Source of the DNA: Paraspadella gotoi
Taxonomy: Eukaryota; Animalia; Chaetognatha
Length of the DNA stretch: 64,000 nucleotides
Assembly (NCBI GenBank): GCA_051294375.1
Contig: CM119270.1
Coordinates: forward strand, 5,850,027-5,914,026
Direction of reading: 5' to 3'
The first letter of the stretch is position 1, and each line of letters starts with the position of its first letter. Below the pieces are notes generated by a model, which did no database searches, had not been told where the DNA came from, and saw only the letters and a program-made list of their open reading frames with translations. Positions 14,319 to 28,100 of the stretch are shown here, piece after piece. The translations under genes were made by a program, and so were the position numbers.

Positions 14319-15499
14319 TGATTGGACCAAGCTTATGCTAATTGACGAAATTAATGCCAGTTGACCAAAGTTGCAAAGTTAACAAGTTTTGCCTGTTCGC
14401 ACCCAAATTAGCTAGTGATAAAATTATGCAGTTAACCAAATTTATGCCGGTTGACACCAATTATCTAAATTGATCAAATTCATGTCAGTTGAACCCAAAA
14501 TTATGTCAGTTGACCAAAATTTTTTTTATTGTTTCATTGTAGACGCCAAATTATGTCAGTTACCCAAATTTATGTATAGTTTGACCAAATTCATGCAGTT
14601 GATTAAATTGATGCAAGTTGACGCAAGATAGCTTATTACACCACTAATTATCGTTTGACCTGGAAATTGTAATGGGAGTAGAAAAGTGTGTGATTGAACC
14701 AGGAAACCAAGTTTCGGATGGAATTTTGAGTGGAATTGAGTTTAAATGGAAAAAACAAAAAACCTGTTTCACTAATTGATTATGCTTCTTTTTCCTTTTT
14801 CATATTATGTATATGCAGCGATGTATTAATTACAAAGTCAAATAATTAATCAGTAATCTAATCAATTAGTCCAAATTAATTAATCAATTAATCTTAAATT
14901 ATCAGTCAATCAATCCGTCCATCCGTCCCACCTTAGCAAAAAGCTCCAATCAACTCGTGAATTGGCTTGGATTGGATGAAATGAAATTTTGTGTGTGGTA
15001 GGAAGTGGTGTGATGAAAGCTGGATATAAAGTTTCGACGGAATCGTGTGAGTGGAAATGAGCTTTAAGTGAGAAAAACATAAGTCGCATTTACTAAATCT
15101 TTTAAGCTTATCTTAACCCAATAAGTATCTCTAATAATCAAAATTGGAGGAAAGATTGAGTTGCAAATTTTTTTTGTGTGGGTAGAAAAATGTGTTTCGA
15201 TGCTTGATATAAAGTTTCGGTGGAAACGTAAACGAGTGGAAATGAGTTTAAATAAAAAAATTATGAGTCACGATTTCACTTGAATCTTTTACTTATTCTT
15301 ACCACTAATAGATTCTAGATGAAGATTTTTGTAGGCTGGGTAAGGAAAGTGTGTGAAAAAGCTAGATTAACTAAATTTTGACAGGAATGTGCAGCTGAAA
15401 TGAGTTTAAAATGAAAAAAAAAAAAAAGTCCACAATTTACTTGAAGCAGAAAAATGATACACGTTAAAAAAATATAAAAGATAAGGATCGTCGCAATGC

Positions 15500-15581
<82 letters not shown>

Positions 15582-16229
15582 CGAGAGCAGCTAAGATGAG
15601 CAGATAGGATCGTCGCAATTTCAAGAGACGAGAGAGAGAGAGAGAGTGAGAGAGAGAGCACGAGCACGAGAGAGATGAGAGAAGATAGAACTTGGATGAG
15701 AAGAGAGTACCGAAGATTAGAAAAATTTAGCTGAATAAAAAAGTGTTATTATTTCATCACTGAATAAAAATACTGTACAAATACTTACAAAATACATAAA
15801 ATTGATAAATTATTATTCCGATAAGACATTGTTTTAATCACATCTGCAATATAATCTAGTAAGCCTAATATCTAGAAGGCGGGCCAAATTGGACACTTTT
15901 TATAACTTCTAGTTCTCTTTAATTTTTTTTTTCTTTTCTACTAAATGATTTCAATTAACTTTTGAATTAGTTCATTGGTTGTTGCACTGAAGCTTTTTTA
16001 AATATTTATTAATCATATAATAATATATAAAGTTATTTGACGGAATTGGTGCCAGGGAGAAATGAGTTTAGATGGAAAAAACCAAGTCACATTTACCTTG
16101 AATCTTTACATATTCAATGATTACTAATAAATGTTTTAAATTAATTAATGATTAATTAATTAATTAATGTGAAAAAAATGATGCCAAGTTAAAAAAATCT
16201 GAAAAAAGAAAATCTCGCAATTGCAGAAA

Positions 16230-16278
<49 letters not shown>

Positions 16279-16535
16279 AGAGTGAGAGAGAGAAGAGAGA
16301 GAGAGAAGGAGACATAAAAATAAATGGAGATATTTGTTTGTTTTTGATAAAATGTAAACAAAACATATTTAATAACTGTCCTAACCCCAATTTTTTTAAG
16401 GAATCGATGATGATAAGTTGAATATACAATTAACAATTAATTTTACATATTAAAATTAATTAATTAATTAATTAATCGATTAATAATTAATTAATTAATT
16501 ATCGTGGGCAGATCCGACTGTTTGCTCAAAACTTG
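13535..16535 (+). mobile_element. Helentron-associated non-autonomous element (HINE/DINE-1-like), long copy with amplified internal repeats
   Basis: T-rich flank, 5' subterminal repeat GTCGGATCTGC (13539-13549), (CCGT)n microsatellite, about 8 copies of an internal unit 'gaaattttgtgtg..ggtaggaaagtgtgtga..gagtggaaatgagttt', inverted 3' subTIR GCAGATCCGAC (16508-16518), small hairpin and T run. Homologous to 45296-46090. Confidence 0.75.
14335..14625. repeat. degenerate ~20-bp minisatellite (GTTGACCAAATTTATGCCA-like)
   Basis: Repeated 'cagttgaccaaa.ttatg' units inside the HINE copy. Confidence 0.75.
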
Positions 16536-17359
16536 TTTTTTTAACATTTAACTATTTATACACCAGTGCGCGTTTTAAATGCTCTTGTTTAATTTCACCG
16601 TTTTCTCAATTGAATAATTTCAATCTCACATTCACTTTTTTTAAAAATTGCGCATAAAATTTCGCTCAGTTTTCTGCAACTTGTTCATCTGTTTGCACCA
16701 ACGTGTTTCACCGGTTTTTCTGCTGACGTTTATCGTCTTCCGCTCTGTTTCTTTCCCCTTTTACTCTCGTCACGAGAGGTTGCTAGAAACTTTATTTAAA
16801 ATATATATTTTTTATATTAATATATATATTTTTTTTTTTTTTCAAATGAACAAGGTACCATTTTATATATTTTTTAAAAATTTTTTTCAGTTTTTCTTTA
16901 AATATTTACTTCTTATATCCCTTTTTCTAATTTTTTTTCTTTTCCTCCTCTTCCTTCTTATTCCTCTTCTTCCTCCTCCTTCTCTTCCTCCCTCAGCCCG
17001 GTCTTGCTCATGTGCCTTGAGTACCCGCTTTTTTTTCTCCTGTGCTTCCATTATTTAGGTTTAATTTTTTTTTTAAATTTAAAACAATGCTTCAGAATAT
17101 TGTTCATTTCTTTTTAATTACAGATTTATATAAGCGGTTCAGTAACTGAATACTTTTTTTAACTGCAAATAATACTTATTAAAAAATAGATTTCAATTGT
17201 AATTCTTTTAGATTTCGTAGATCTTTTGACAACGAAGCATCGTCTTGAATTTTCCGTCGCGATTTTTTTCTCTGTGAAAGAAAAGTTGAAAGTCACGTGA
17301 AAGTCGGAGGATGAAAGGGAAACGAGGCCGAGTCACGGAGATGAAAGATGAGGAGGGAG

Positions 17360-17590
17360 ATTTTGAAAAAAAGAGAGGAAAAGAGAAGTTAAAGGAGATG
17401 GTTGGTGGCAAGACATTTTTTTTTAAAAAGAGAGGAAGAGATAAGTTAAAGGTGATTGTTGGTGGCAAGACATTTTGTAAAAAAAAAAGAGAGGAAAAGA
17501 TAAGTTAAAGGAGATGGTTGGTGGCAAGACATTTTGTAAAAAAAAAGAGAGGAAAAGATAAGTTAAAGGTGATGGTTGGTGGCAAGACAC
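17360..17590. repeat. ~58-60 bp minisatellite, about 4 copies
   Basis: 'aagttaaagg.gatggttggtggcaagacattttgtaaaaaaaagagaggaaaagat' repeated. Confidence 0.9.
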
Positions 17591-17971
17591 AAAGATAAAA
17601 GCGACTTTAAACACTGAGGAACCTTCAGGTTGAACGTTGATAACAAAATAACAACCGATAGAAGTCGGAGAAAAAAATTGTGTCGTTGTCCTTGGATTCG
17701 AGAAGAATAAAGGCTGGAGTGAAAGGAGTCATCAAAAGTTTCTTTGGTCTCGGCGCGTATCTGACAAAATCGCACGCCTTCGTAAACCCTCTTCCTAATT
17801 TTAAACCAATGTAGAGCAAAATCTTTGTCGGCCAACAAATTCCTCGCCCAGAAAAGAAAAGCAAGATGGCGTCGACTCTGCGTCGTATCTCGCCTTCCAA
17901 CGAGAGATGTTCTCTCCGCTCAATTCGTCCATTAGTCGATATCCGAAAGAGGATGGGGAATTTCCCATCGA

Positions 17972-18060
17972 CGATAGAATGATGGAATGATGGAACGATG
18001 GAATGATGGAACGATGGAATGATGGAATGATGGAATGATGGAACGATAGAATGATGGAAT
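17972..18060. repeat. (GATGGAAT)n 8-bp repeat
   Basis: About 11 units visible. Confidence 0.9.
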
Positions 18061-19011
18061 GTCATTAGCAAGACGCAACGAAGTTCACTTTCTCCTCCGC
18101 CGCTTTGCATGAGCGGCTTCGTTCTCCACAAAGGGCCCGTTGATCGAATCGAAAGGTCGAGAGACATCTTCTCTCATCGCGCCCTTCCAATCTTCCGTCG
18201 GGGAAACTTTTCCATCGCCTCGAAAATCAGGAAAATCCTCTGCGGCGTCATCGTCTTTGTATCCGTTGCCTTCGCGGCCGCTTCCGACGCCGCAACCGCC
18301 GCCGCAACCGACGCCGCAACCGACGCCGCAACCGCCGCCGCAACCGCCGCCAATTCTCATCCTAAACATGGAATGATCCTAAGCGACTCTCCCCAACGCT
18401 CTCGTCAACGCCGCCTCTTCCAACGGCTCTCGACAATCGACGAAGAAAGCGACGGAGAACAAAGCGGCGCCGGAGCGTTGCCTCAATTCGTTCTGGGCTT
18501 CAAAGGCCTCCAAGGGTCGTCCGAATCGACCCCGGAGTCGCTCGTCAACTCGTCGCACTTTGTGAGCGAGGATGCGGAGTAGGAGGTAGAAGCGTCGAGC
18601 GGTGAGGAAGAGGCAGGTTAAGGTCGTAGTGATGAGGACGTGGAGTAATTCCCTAAGTTTGTTTTAATTAATGAATAAATTATTTATTTATTTTTATCTG
18701 ATTTTTATTTGATTGGGGAGTATGTTTTTTTAGGTGACTGGGCAGTGGCCACAAGAAAAAGGACCAAAATGGATATTGTTGATTTTTTATGAGGTAAATT
18801 TATTTTTTTTCCAAGACGGTAGACGAAGGAAAGAGATTGTTAGTATTATAATAAATTCCCTTTTAAAAATAACTGGTTCATTTGCGACTCAATTTAAACT
18901 CGACCTCTTTCATATTGTGCAGCGGCGTCAGCGATGTTCGTTTTCGCGAGGGTAAGAAAATAACAAAAGGACTCACTTTGGTCAAACGATAAACGAATTT
19001 GACTCTCGGTT

Positions 19012-19052
<41 letters not shown>

Positions 19053-19520
19053 GTCTCCATCTCTCATCTCATCTTCTCATCTCTGGCGACATAATACCGA
19101 CAAACGGCCACAATCTAGCCTAAAAACTGGCCTAAAAAGGGGCCTTAAACTGGCCACGATGGATGAGCGAGGCGTAACATATTTTTTATTGACCTTACAC
19201 ACATGGCACACTACGATCGAACACGGCAAGACCTTTCCTCCTTTGTGTTCGATGTTCTTTTGTAAACTGATATGCAAACTGCGGAGCTTTCATTTTGGAG
19301 GGCCATCTGCCGAGATTCTTAATAACAAAAGTTCTCGTTATTTAAAGATACAAAAACAAACAAATTTATATTTAACAAATCACTCGTGGAGAATCACGTT
19401 TCATTAATTTGAATGCTTTCTAGTTCTCAATTAGAATTTAACAGCTGCTGATTCCCCAGCTGCTTTTCTGAAAACTGTTTTAGTGTTTTTTTTTTGTAAT
19501 ATTATCGAAGGAAAAAATTT

Positions 19521-19627
<107 letters not shown>

Positions 19628-21578
19628 ACAGGATGAGGCGAAATTCGATGATTACAGTTTTTTCCCAAAGAGTTATGAAACGAACTCGCGAGCGAGCGAG
19701 AGAGAAAGAAAGATAAAAAGCCAGAGTGAGCAAGGAGGGTGAACGCGAGAGAGAGAGAGAGATACCGCCCAGCGCTTTATAACAAGACGTGCGGGAGCAA
19801 GGGGAAAAGATTTATTCTATTATCAAATTGAAAAAACTAAATTTTAAGGGAAAAATCGATTGTAAACAAATAAAATTATTTGAAAAATTATTTTTCATTT
19901 ATTTAAAAACGATTGAAAGATACATAAAAAAAAATAGTTACATTTTACATCAGAGGTCGCCAAAAACAAAACATATGAGCTAATTTTTATACGACAAGAT
20001 GTAAAAACTAAACGACCAAATTGAATGAATAAAAATTGAATAAATATATAAATGAATAGATTAATATCTAAACAAATTAAATAATAAATAAAATGACTGA
20101 CGGAATAATTAAATAATTGAATTAATAATCGAATAAAAGCACGATGAATGAATTGACCGTATCTACTAACGACCCACCGGCTCGGGCGGCCCAGAAGGCA
20201 CAACCGGTCGGGACGCCCCCATCTCTCTATTTCATTTTCCTCCCTGTACACTTCCTCCTCCTCCTCCCTCTCATCCTTCCCACCTTCACCTTTACCCCAC
20301 CCCCCCCACTACCCACCCATCCACCCCCATCGCCCCCCCCATCCCGTCCCCCCGTTAATCGTCGTCTCCCGAATGATCGAAGATTTTGCGTCACGGCAAA
20401 CTGCGAACGCAGTCAAATTTTCAAGCTCGGAGTCGAAACCCTAAGGTTCGCTCGCCGGAGTGCTAATGAACAGAGTCCTTGAGCGAGAATTGAGACTCGG
20501 ACATCAGACCGCAGCCGAACAAAACGGTCCGCGTTCAAAAGTTAATTCTATGAATCGGTAAGAAACGTGAGACCGAAGTTAAAAAAAATAAGCGTCCTTC
20601 CTAATCCAGAGTTTTAGGTTGAGATACAAAAAGTCAATTTAGGTCCGAAATTCGTTATCGTCGTCTTTGATTATATTTTTATTTAATTTGTTTAGTTAAT
20701 ATCATTTTTTTTTAAATTTTGACAGATTCTTCAATTTTTTAAAATCTTCAAAAAGTTGACCAATTGAATCATTATGTTTAACTTCTGTTAAAGAAAAAAA
20801 GAATATTCCGAAAAAGATTCAACGACCAAAGTAGCAATAAATTTTAAAGAAATCCGTCCTATCAACGTTTTGCTATTTGAAGAAAGATAAAAAGCCGCTT
20901 GAAAGAAAAAGTAGCCAGAGAACGAGCGTAAACAGGATGAAGAGAAAAAGTTAAGACGATGAAAAAAAAATGAAGGAGATAAAATGAAGAAAGAAGTAGC
21001 AGAAAAACGAGGAAAGATTTTTACTTAACACAATTTTTTTTTCTCTCTCTCTCTTTTATCGTGTGAAGATTTCTTTCATTCAAGCTTTTCGAGGTCTAGT
21101 TTTTTTATTTTGTTTTTGTTTTTTTAGATAAGATTGTTTTAGCACTTGAGAATAAGTCAATCGTTTTCGTCTACTCAACTGCGTTTTATTATGTTTTTTT
21201 TTCTTTACGGTCCAAAAGATTTTTAATTATTTTGTTTTTAATTAAAATTTATTTAATAAATTTTTAATCGTTTAATTTTCATTAAAATAATTTGAATTTC
21301 TTATGAAAGAACTGTCAAAATTTAATCCAATTTCAAATTGTAATTGTTTTCAATTTTGAATTGATAATTTACATGGCAAATTTTGATGCAAGTTCGTGTT
21401 GACAGCGGACTGACGAAATAGAGACAACTTTCTGTAGGAAATTCTCTAACGCTGATAGAAATACGATGTGATATGCGACTGTCGCAGTCGTTATCATCAG
21501 TTAACATATTTTTAAAATAAGTCATGACCGATTCAAGAAACTTTAAATTAAGACGGAAAGAAAACTTTTATCTTATTT

Positions 21579-21758
21579 ATAGAGAAAAGAAAAAAAGAAT
21601 TTTTGTTTTGTTTACATACAACGAAATTTAATTCACAAAGAGAAAACGTACATGTTTCGGCTGGGTTATTAGCCGAAACATGTACGTTTTCTCTTTTTGA
21701 ATTAAATTTGGTCGTATGTAAACAAAACAAAACAAAATTATTTTTTTCTTTTCTCTAT
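21579..21758. repeat. near-perfect palindrome (foldback/MITE-like)
   Basis: ~85-bp arms '...agagaaaacgtacatgtttcggct GGGTTATT agccgaaacatgtacgttttctct...' with an 8-nt spacer. Confidence 0.9.
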
Positions 21759-22010
21759 ATTTATTTAAATAAATGTATAGAAAAAATCTTCTAGATTACG
21801 TAGTTATTTCTTTTTTATTCATATTGTTAGTAATGAATGCTGCTGTATCATTCTTAATATAAAAAAGAATTCTCATCGAACTATGCCATTTCAAACTAAT
21901 CTTCAATCGTCGATAGATTGTGAATGGAGGCTTCCCCTCGTGTTGAATAAACGAAACGTGACTGGAGACGGCCTCACCATCCAAATCTTGGTCCCCACTC
22001 CTTAACTTAC

Positions 22011-22067
22011 CTTGACGCCTCTGGTGATGATCACCGTCTCCATCTCTGCCGTCGGCGCTTCTCCCAT
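22011..22067 (-). CDS. candidate first coding exon of an unidentified minus-strand gene (MGEAPTAEMETVIITRGVK)
   Basis: ATG in AAGATGG context, 19 open codons, perfect AAG|GTAAGT donor. Downstream exons could not be linked confidently. Confidence 0.3.
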
Positions 22068-22447
22068 CTTCGTTGCTGTTGCTGTTGCTGCAGTAGTTTT
22101 AATTAATCGCTTTTAATCCAAAAGTTGGAGCTGGAGTTGGATTTGGCTCGACGAGATGGAGAGCGAGATGAAGAGCAGGATAGAGAGCGAGACAATCCTT
22201 TCCCGGAAACGCCGACGACTTTCTCCCCTTTCTCTCTTTCTCCGTCACCTTCGCTCGCTCTCTCTCTCTCTCTCGCGCGTCGACGACTCTATCTCCCTCT
22301 GCGATTATTTCTTTATTATACTTAATCGCGCGACGTGAGTCCGAGAGAGAGCGAGACGCCGATTGCTATCTTTTTTTTATCTATCGACGCGAAGAGCAAG
22401 AAAGGGACTCACGTGAGAGAGAGAGAGAGACGCACGATGGAGGAGAG

Positions 22448-22485
<38 letters not shown>

Positions 22486-22720
22486 TTTAGGATCGAAATA
22501 GCACCCCAATGAGGAAGACAGGAAAAGTAAACTTTTAACCTAAATTTTTAGTTATAGTTATAGTATGCCTATTATAAGAACTAAAAAGAATTGAAATAAT
22601 AAGCAAGAATTGTGAGAACCGTTTAGAGCAATTTATTTTAAATAATTTACTTTCGAAATTCTTATTAAATTATCTTCATAATTACAATAAAATCCCGAAG
22701 AAAAATAATTTTTTCAGTGC

Positions 22721-22797
<77 letters not shown>

Positions 22798-23145
22798 TCA
22801 GCCCATGAGATTTTTCGATCAAAAAGCACGCGCGTTCATATAACCTGCTTCTGCCTTTCGATCCGATTTTCGAAAAACTTTTCCAGAGTGATTTCTCAGC
22901 TCACGTTGTTTACCTCACGTAGTAACTCGTATGCGCGGTAAAAAGAAAAGTAATAACCATACAAAAAAATGTGTGCGTTTGCATAGATGGGAAGACTGTC
23001 GTTAATTCCGAGCTCTGTTGCTTTCCATTATTGCCCTGTTGTTACTTGGTTGTGGGCTAATGCTTCCTGACGAGGAATTTTAGTCGCCAACGCTGAGGTA
23101 GACAAAATACGTATACCGAAACGTATGTCCTCTCTCTCTCTCTCT

Positions 23146-23236
<91 letters not shown>

Positions 23237-23439
23237 TTCTCTCTCGTGCAATACGTGATTCTTGGGTTTATGTTTAAATCAAATTGCACTCTAATAACTA
23301 GATGTCCTTCTTTATTTATTCTTTTATTTTTTAATGAAAGAATTCCAATCTGTGATTCAGTCTGTTTCCTTGGTTGTAAAACAGATCGTAAACTAACTTG
23401 GACACGTCACACTGCATATTAATGAATTGTTTACTAAGG

Positions 23440-23690
23440 CAACAAGGAACGGTTATAGCAAGGTGTTGCGCCGCATTACTTTTCTTTTTACTTATAATTA
23501 AAAACAAAAGGCGGCGCCAGTAGTCGCTTAGATTTGATTTTCAACAAATGAGCAACAATCTATAGGCAAGTTATAAGCGTTTTTAACATAAGTGGGACGG
23601 ACCGACGGACAGACATACCGACTGACCGACCGACCGACCGAAAAGTGACTTATAGAGTTGCTCCGCGAGTACTCGCGGCGCAACTAAAAA
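23440..23690 (-). mobile_element. second HINE/DINE-like family, short copy
   Basis: On the minus strand: TTTTTAGTTGCGCCGCGAGTACTCGCGGAGCAAC hairpin, (GGTC)n microsatellite, and inverted subTIR GTTGCGCCGC at ~23465. A related 5' end lies at ~40288 (+), and related end motifs at ~12879 and ~37470. Confidence 0.65.
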
Positions 23691-24029
23691 CCAAAATTCT
23701 AGCAATTAACCGTCTATCCCGTTTTGTTGTTAGAGACAATTTTAAACTGGCTCATCAATTATTTTCTTCCTTAGTAGTTTCTTTATTCTTATATTCATCT
23801 CCTTGTTTTCTTAACGCCGGTAAATACCACTGGGAAATATTTGCCCAATTACAACTATGCTCCATGAAAATATTTTATAAATTACCTTTACATATTAATA
23901 AGTGACTATGTTCGAAACATATCAGTCCACAGATTAAAATGTATGATACGTCACAATTCGTTATTTGACGGCATTATTGATCGCATTGCTTTGAATACCA
24001 TCTATACAAATATTTCCCCGAAAGAACTT

Positions 24030-24350
24030 ATGTTGGGCTGGGATAGGGTTTCTTACAAAAAGAGTTGTTTACACTGTGTTTTAGAAAGAGTCCATACAGC
24101 TTGTAAACTTGAAAACAATAAGCTACTTAGTACAATTCACTGTTTCAAATAATACGACCGTGTTTAAAAAATATTTTCGATAAAGTAGCTTGAAGTACCA
24201 TTGAAGTACAAAGTACAATAAAATAGTTTGAAGTACAATTAACTGTTTCAACTTTCAAGTAATACGATTGTGTTGTAAAATCTAATTTCGATAAAGTAGC
24301 TTTTTGAGGTAGTTTGAATAACTGGCCGAAAGCTCTGCTTTTATTTTCAA
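24030..24350 (+). repeat. dispersed repeat, second copy at ~40635-40830
   Basis: Both loci share 'ctggg.t.gg...ttagaaagag..ca.aca.c.tgtaaact.gaa.a..a' and 'gtagctttt..aggtagt.t.aa..actggcc'. Confidence 0.6.
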
Positions 24351-24353
24351 TAT

Positions 24354-24412
<59 letters not shown>

Positions 24413-24889
24413 TTTTTTCATATCTCTATCTCTCTCAGGTGTTGGAGGCAGAGGTTATGGTGGTATTGAAAATTATAATGACGATTATGATAAGGATCAC
24501 AGATCATTTATGATTATTTAATATGAATATATGATTGTAGTTGATAGCTACTGATCATACTAATAACCTTTAAAAAGTGACGAAGTTATAATTTGATTTT
24601 ATATAACTGGCAAATGTTGTACAATGTACATGTACAATAATCAAATCCAAATCGATATGGAAATTAAACGTTTTAAGACAAATGTTTAGCTTCAAATTAG
24701 AAAAGAAATTCTTGAGATTTAGCAAAAAAGTCTGAAAAAGTTTTAAACTATGAAGGAATTCCTTGACTTCAGACATTTAAGCTTTGACATTAATCCTTTA
24801 TAGTTTTATTGGAGAAAAATTCCGGTTTTAGTTTTTAACCGTCCTTGGCATTTAGCAATTTTAATTTTCTAGTCGCAGTTTAATTTTTT

Positions 24890-25734
24890 TATCAAGCCAT
24901 GACCGGCGAAGCCGGTTCAGGCTTGATATTGATTCGGGTGAGGCTTCTTGTGACGTCGTCGTCGTCGTCGTCGGCCGTCACGCTGTTTTTTAAATAAAAA
25001 AACTACTACGCTTTTATAGGTTTGGCTGTCACTTACCGTTTTTTTTTAAATAAAAATTATTATGAATTATTCTAAAGTTTTACAAAAGTGTGCGATCATA
25101 GTAAGTTAAAAAATTAGATATGGCTTCTCAACTTGAAATAGCTTTGATATTTTCTAATTACATTTTGATTTAAGTATTTTTTGTTTGAATTTCCACTTCA
25201 TTATGATTTACTGCAATATGCAAATGGAATTTATAGTACTGATTATAATATCCAAATTAGTATATAGAAATGCTTTAAGCTAATTACATATTGCAGTATA
25301 TAATATTGAAGATGAAATTCAAAAAATTTTTTTTAATTTCTGATATAAAAATGGGAACTCAAAGGATTTTTTTAATGAGAAGCTATATCTTAATTTTAAT
25401 ACAAATAAAAATAAAATCTTTTACAAGCTGCGATTGGAAAAAATTGGAAAAGTTTCCAATTGTAAACCATTGTAACATTTTTTGCCTTTCTTTTATTTAT
25501 TTTTTAATTATATATATTTTTTTTAGGCGCTGCCTTTTCTGAATCGTTTAAAACGAGTTCAGTTTCTCTCTGTCTCTCTTTGTGTGCGATCTTTGCGTGA
25601 TCGTTCGTTTTTTGAAAAATTCTGATTATTTTTCTTTCTAAAAAACATATATATTGATCAGGCGCGCCTTTTTCTGAATCGTTTAAAAAAAACGAGTTCA
25701 GGCTCTCTCTCTCTCTCTCCGTCTCCCTCCGTCT

Positions 25735-25784
<50 letters not shown>

Positions 25785-26150
25785 ACAAAAAAAAAAATTA
25801 TTCACTTTGTTTTACCACCGTTTTTGAAAAATCTCTTATTATTTCTTTCCTTCTAAAAACTTTTATTATCGCCATTTATTCCGCGCTTCTTTCTCAATAC
25901 AAAATCCCAAATTTACATCTGAGATTTTCGTGGATTTTTTTGAGAAAAATGTGAAGAATAACTTACTTGACCTGGATTTCGTGGCCGTTGCGGGGCAACG
26001 AGTAAACAATGTCGAGGAACATGACCTAATAACGCGTTTTTGATGGCAACGGAAAACGTTACGTGTATAAAAAAAAATCAACTTGACGAGATCACGCCGA
26101 TATAAACAAGAGTGACCTAATATTGCGTATCGTTGGCGGGAAAACTTTCT

Positions 26151-26235
<85 letters not shown>

Positions 26236-26281
26236 TTTTTACAAAAAAAAAATTTAAACTTGTAACGAGTAAACGAGTTCC

Positions 26282-26326
<45 letters not shown>

Positions 26327-26552
26327 ATCTTTCTCTCTATCTGTCTCTCTCTCTCTTTCTCTCTTTCTATCTCTTTTTTTGTACAAAAATAATTTTTAGT
26401 CACCTTTTTTTCACCTCCGTCATTAAACGAGTTCCGGCTCTCTCTATCTCTCTCTCTCTCTTTTTTTTTTACAAAAAAAAATTTTAGTCACTTTTTTTTT
26501 CACCAGGCGACGAAGTAAACGAGTAAACGAGTTCCGGCTCTGTTCAGCTTTT

Positions 26553-26637
<85 letters not shown>

Positions 26638-27343
26638 AATGTACGATCGTTCGTTTTTTGAAAAAATCTTATTATTTTTTTCTATCTAAAAACTTTTATT
26701 ATCGCCATTTATTTTTTTTTCTCTATACAAATACCAATTACATCCGAGATTTTCATGGATTCATTTATAGAAAAAAATGCACGGCAATGTCACATGTACA
26801 TCAGCTTGCTGCTGTACATATAGCTGCTATATATCCGGCAATTGCGCGGATTAATTTAATTACATATATAACTTTCTAACAAAAATAAATTTTTTGTTTT
26901 TTTTATTACTGTAACTTTGGACCGGTCGGCCCACTATTGGAAAATTATATCTAAAATAGGAGTTGAGGAAGAGAGATATTGTCAAATTAAACATTACTTT
27001 TTTGTTATTCTAACAATTTTTAAAATTTTAAAATTTTAAATTTTTTTTAGTGTATATATTTAATCATTTTTATTCTTTTTTAAAATAATAATTATTGAGT
27101 TGGGATAAATATTTATAAATTAGTTAAATATTCAAATATGAAATTTGACTCGCGTCTGGTTTCTCTTTTAAAAAAAAAAAGAACAATCTAAAATTTCATT
27201 CAAGATTAAAACTTTTTAAGTGAGGACATAAAATTTTTTTTGATAAGTAAAAAAAATATTAGAAAGGAAAAGAGTTCGTCCCTACTCAGATACGTCGAAA
27301 AACGAGTTCAGCTCTGCAGGGCGGTCCAGCTTCTCCTCTATCT

Positions 27344-27400
<57 letters not shown>

Positions 27401-27922
27401 CTTTCTATTTATTCCGCCATTTATTCCGCGCTTTTTTCTCAATACAAAATCCAAATTTACATCCGAGATTTTCGTGAATTTTTTTTCTAAAATTTTGATT
27501 ATTCTTTATATAAACGAGAGTGAAACTGACCAGCCTCTCTCACTCTTTCTCTCTCTCACTCTTTCTCTCTCTCTCTCTCTCTCTCTCTTTCATTCATACA
27601 CGCATTTGTTTGTTTTATTTACGATGAATGACTCATCGCGTCAATGAATGACTATCATCGCATCAATGAATGATTATCATCATATCAATGAATGATTATC
27701 ATCACATCATAATGAATGACTATCATCGCATCAATCATTTGATTATCATCACATCAGTTATTTTATTATCATCGCATCAATTATTGGTTATCATCGCATC
27801 AATATTTAGTTATCATCGCATTAATATTTGGTTACCATCGAAAGCTGGCTCGATCCCTATTGCTTTTAAGATTTTTCCCTAAAAATTCTGAATGCGTTTC
27901 GTTGGCGGGAAAACTGGTCCAG

Positions 27923-27976
<54 letters not shown>

Positions 27977-28100
27977 TCTCTCTTCTCTTTCACTCATACA
28001 CGCATTTGTTTGTTTTATTTACGATGAATGAATGACTATCATCGCATCAATGAATGACACTATCATTTCATGGGCTATGGATCCTTATGCTTTTAAGATT
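24890..28100 (+). repeat. complex repeat region starting with a HINE-like 5' hairpin, containing recurrent 'aaacgagttc.ggctctctc' units and a 22-bp minisatellite (27625-27840)
   Basis: Hairpin ATCAAGCC..ACCGGCGAAGCCGGT..GGCTTGAT followed by (GTC)n. Internal units recur at ~25551, 25690, 26271, 26425, 26525 and 27300. Confidence 0.5.

Noticed and set aside
17360-17590. Regularly spaced repeats as a possible CRISPR-like array
   Set aside because: The intervening sequences are also repeated (no unique spacers), the context is eukaryotic, and there are no cas genes.
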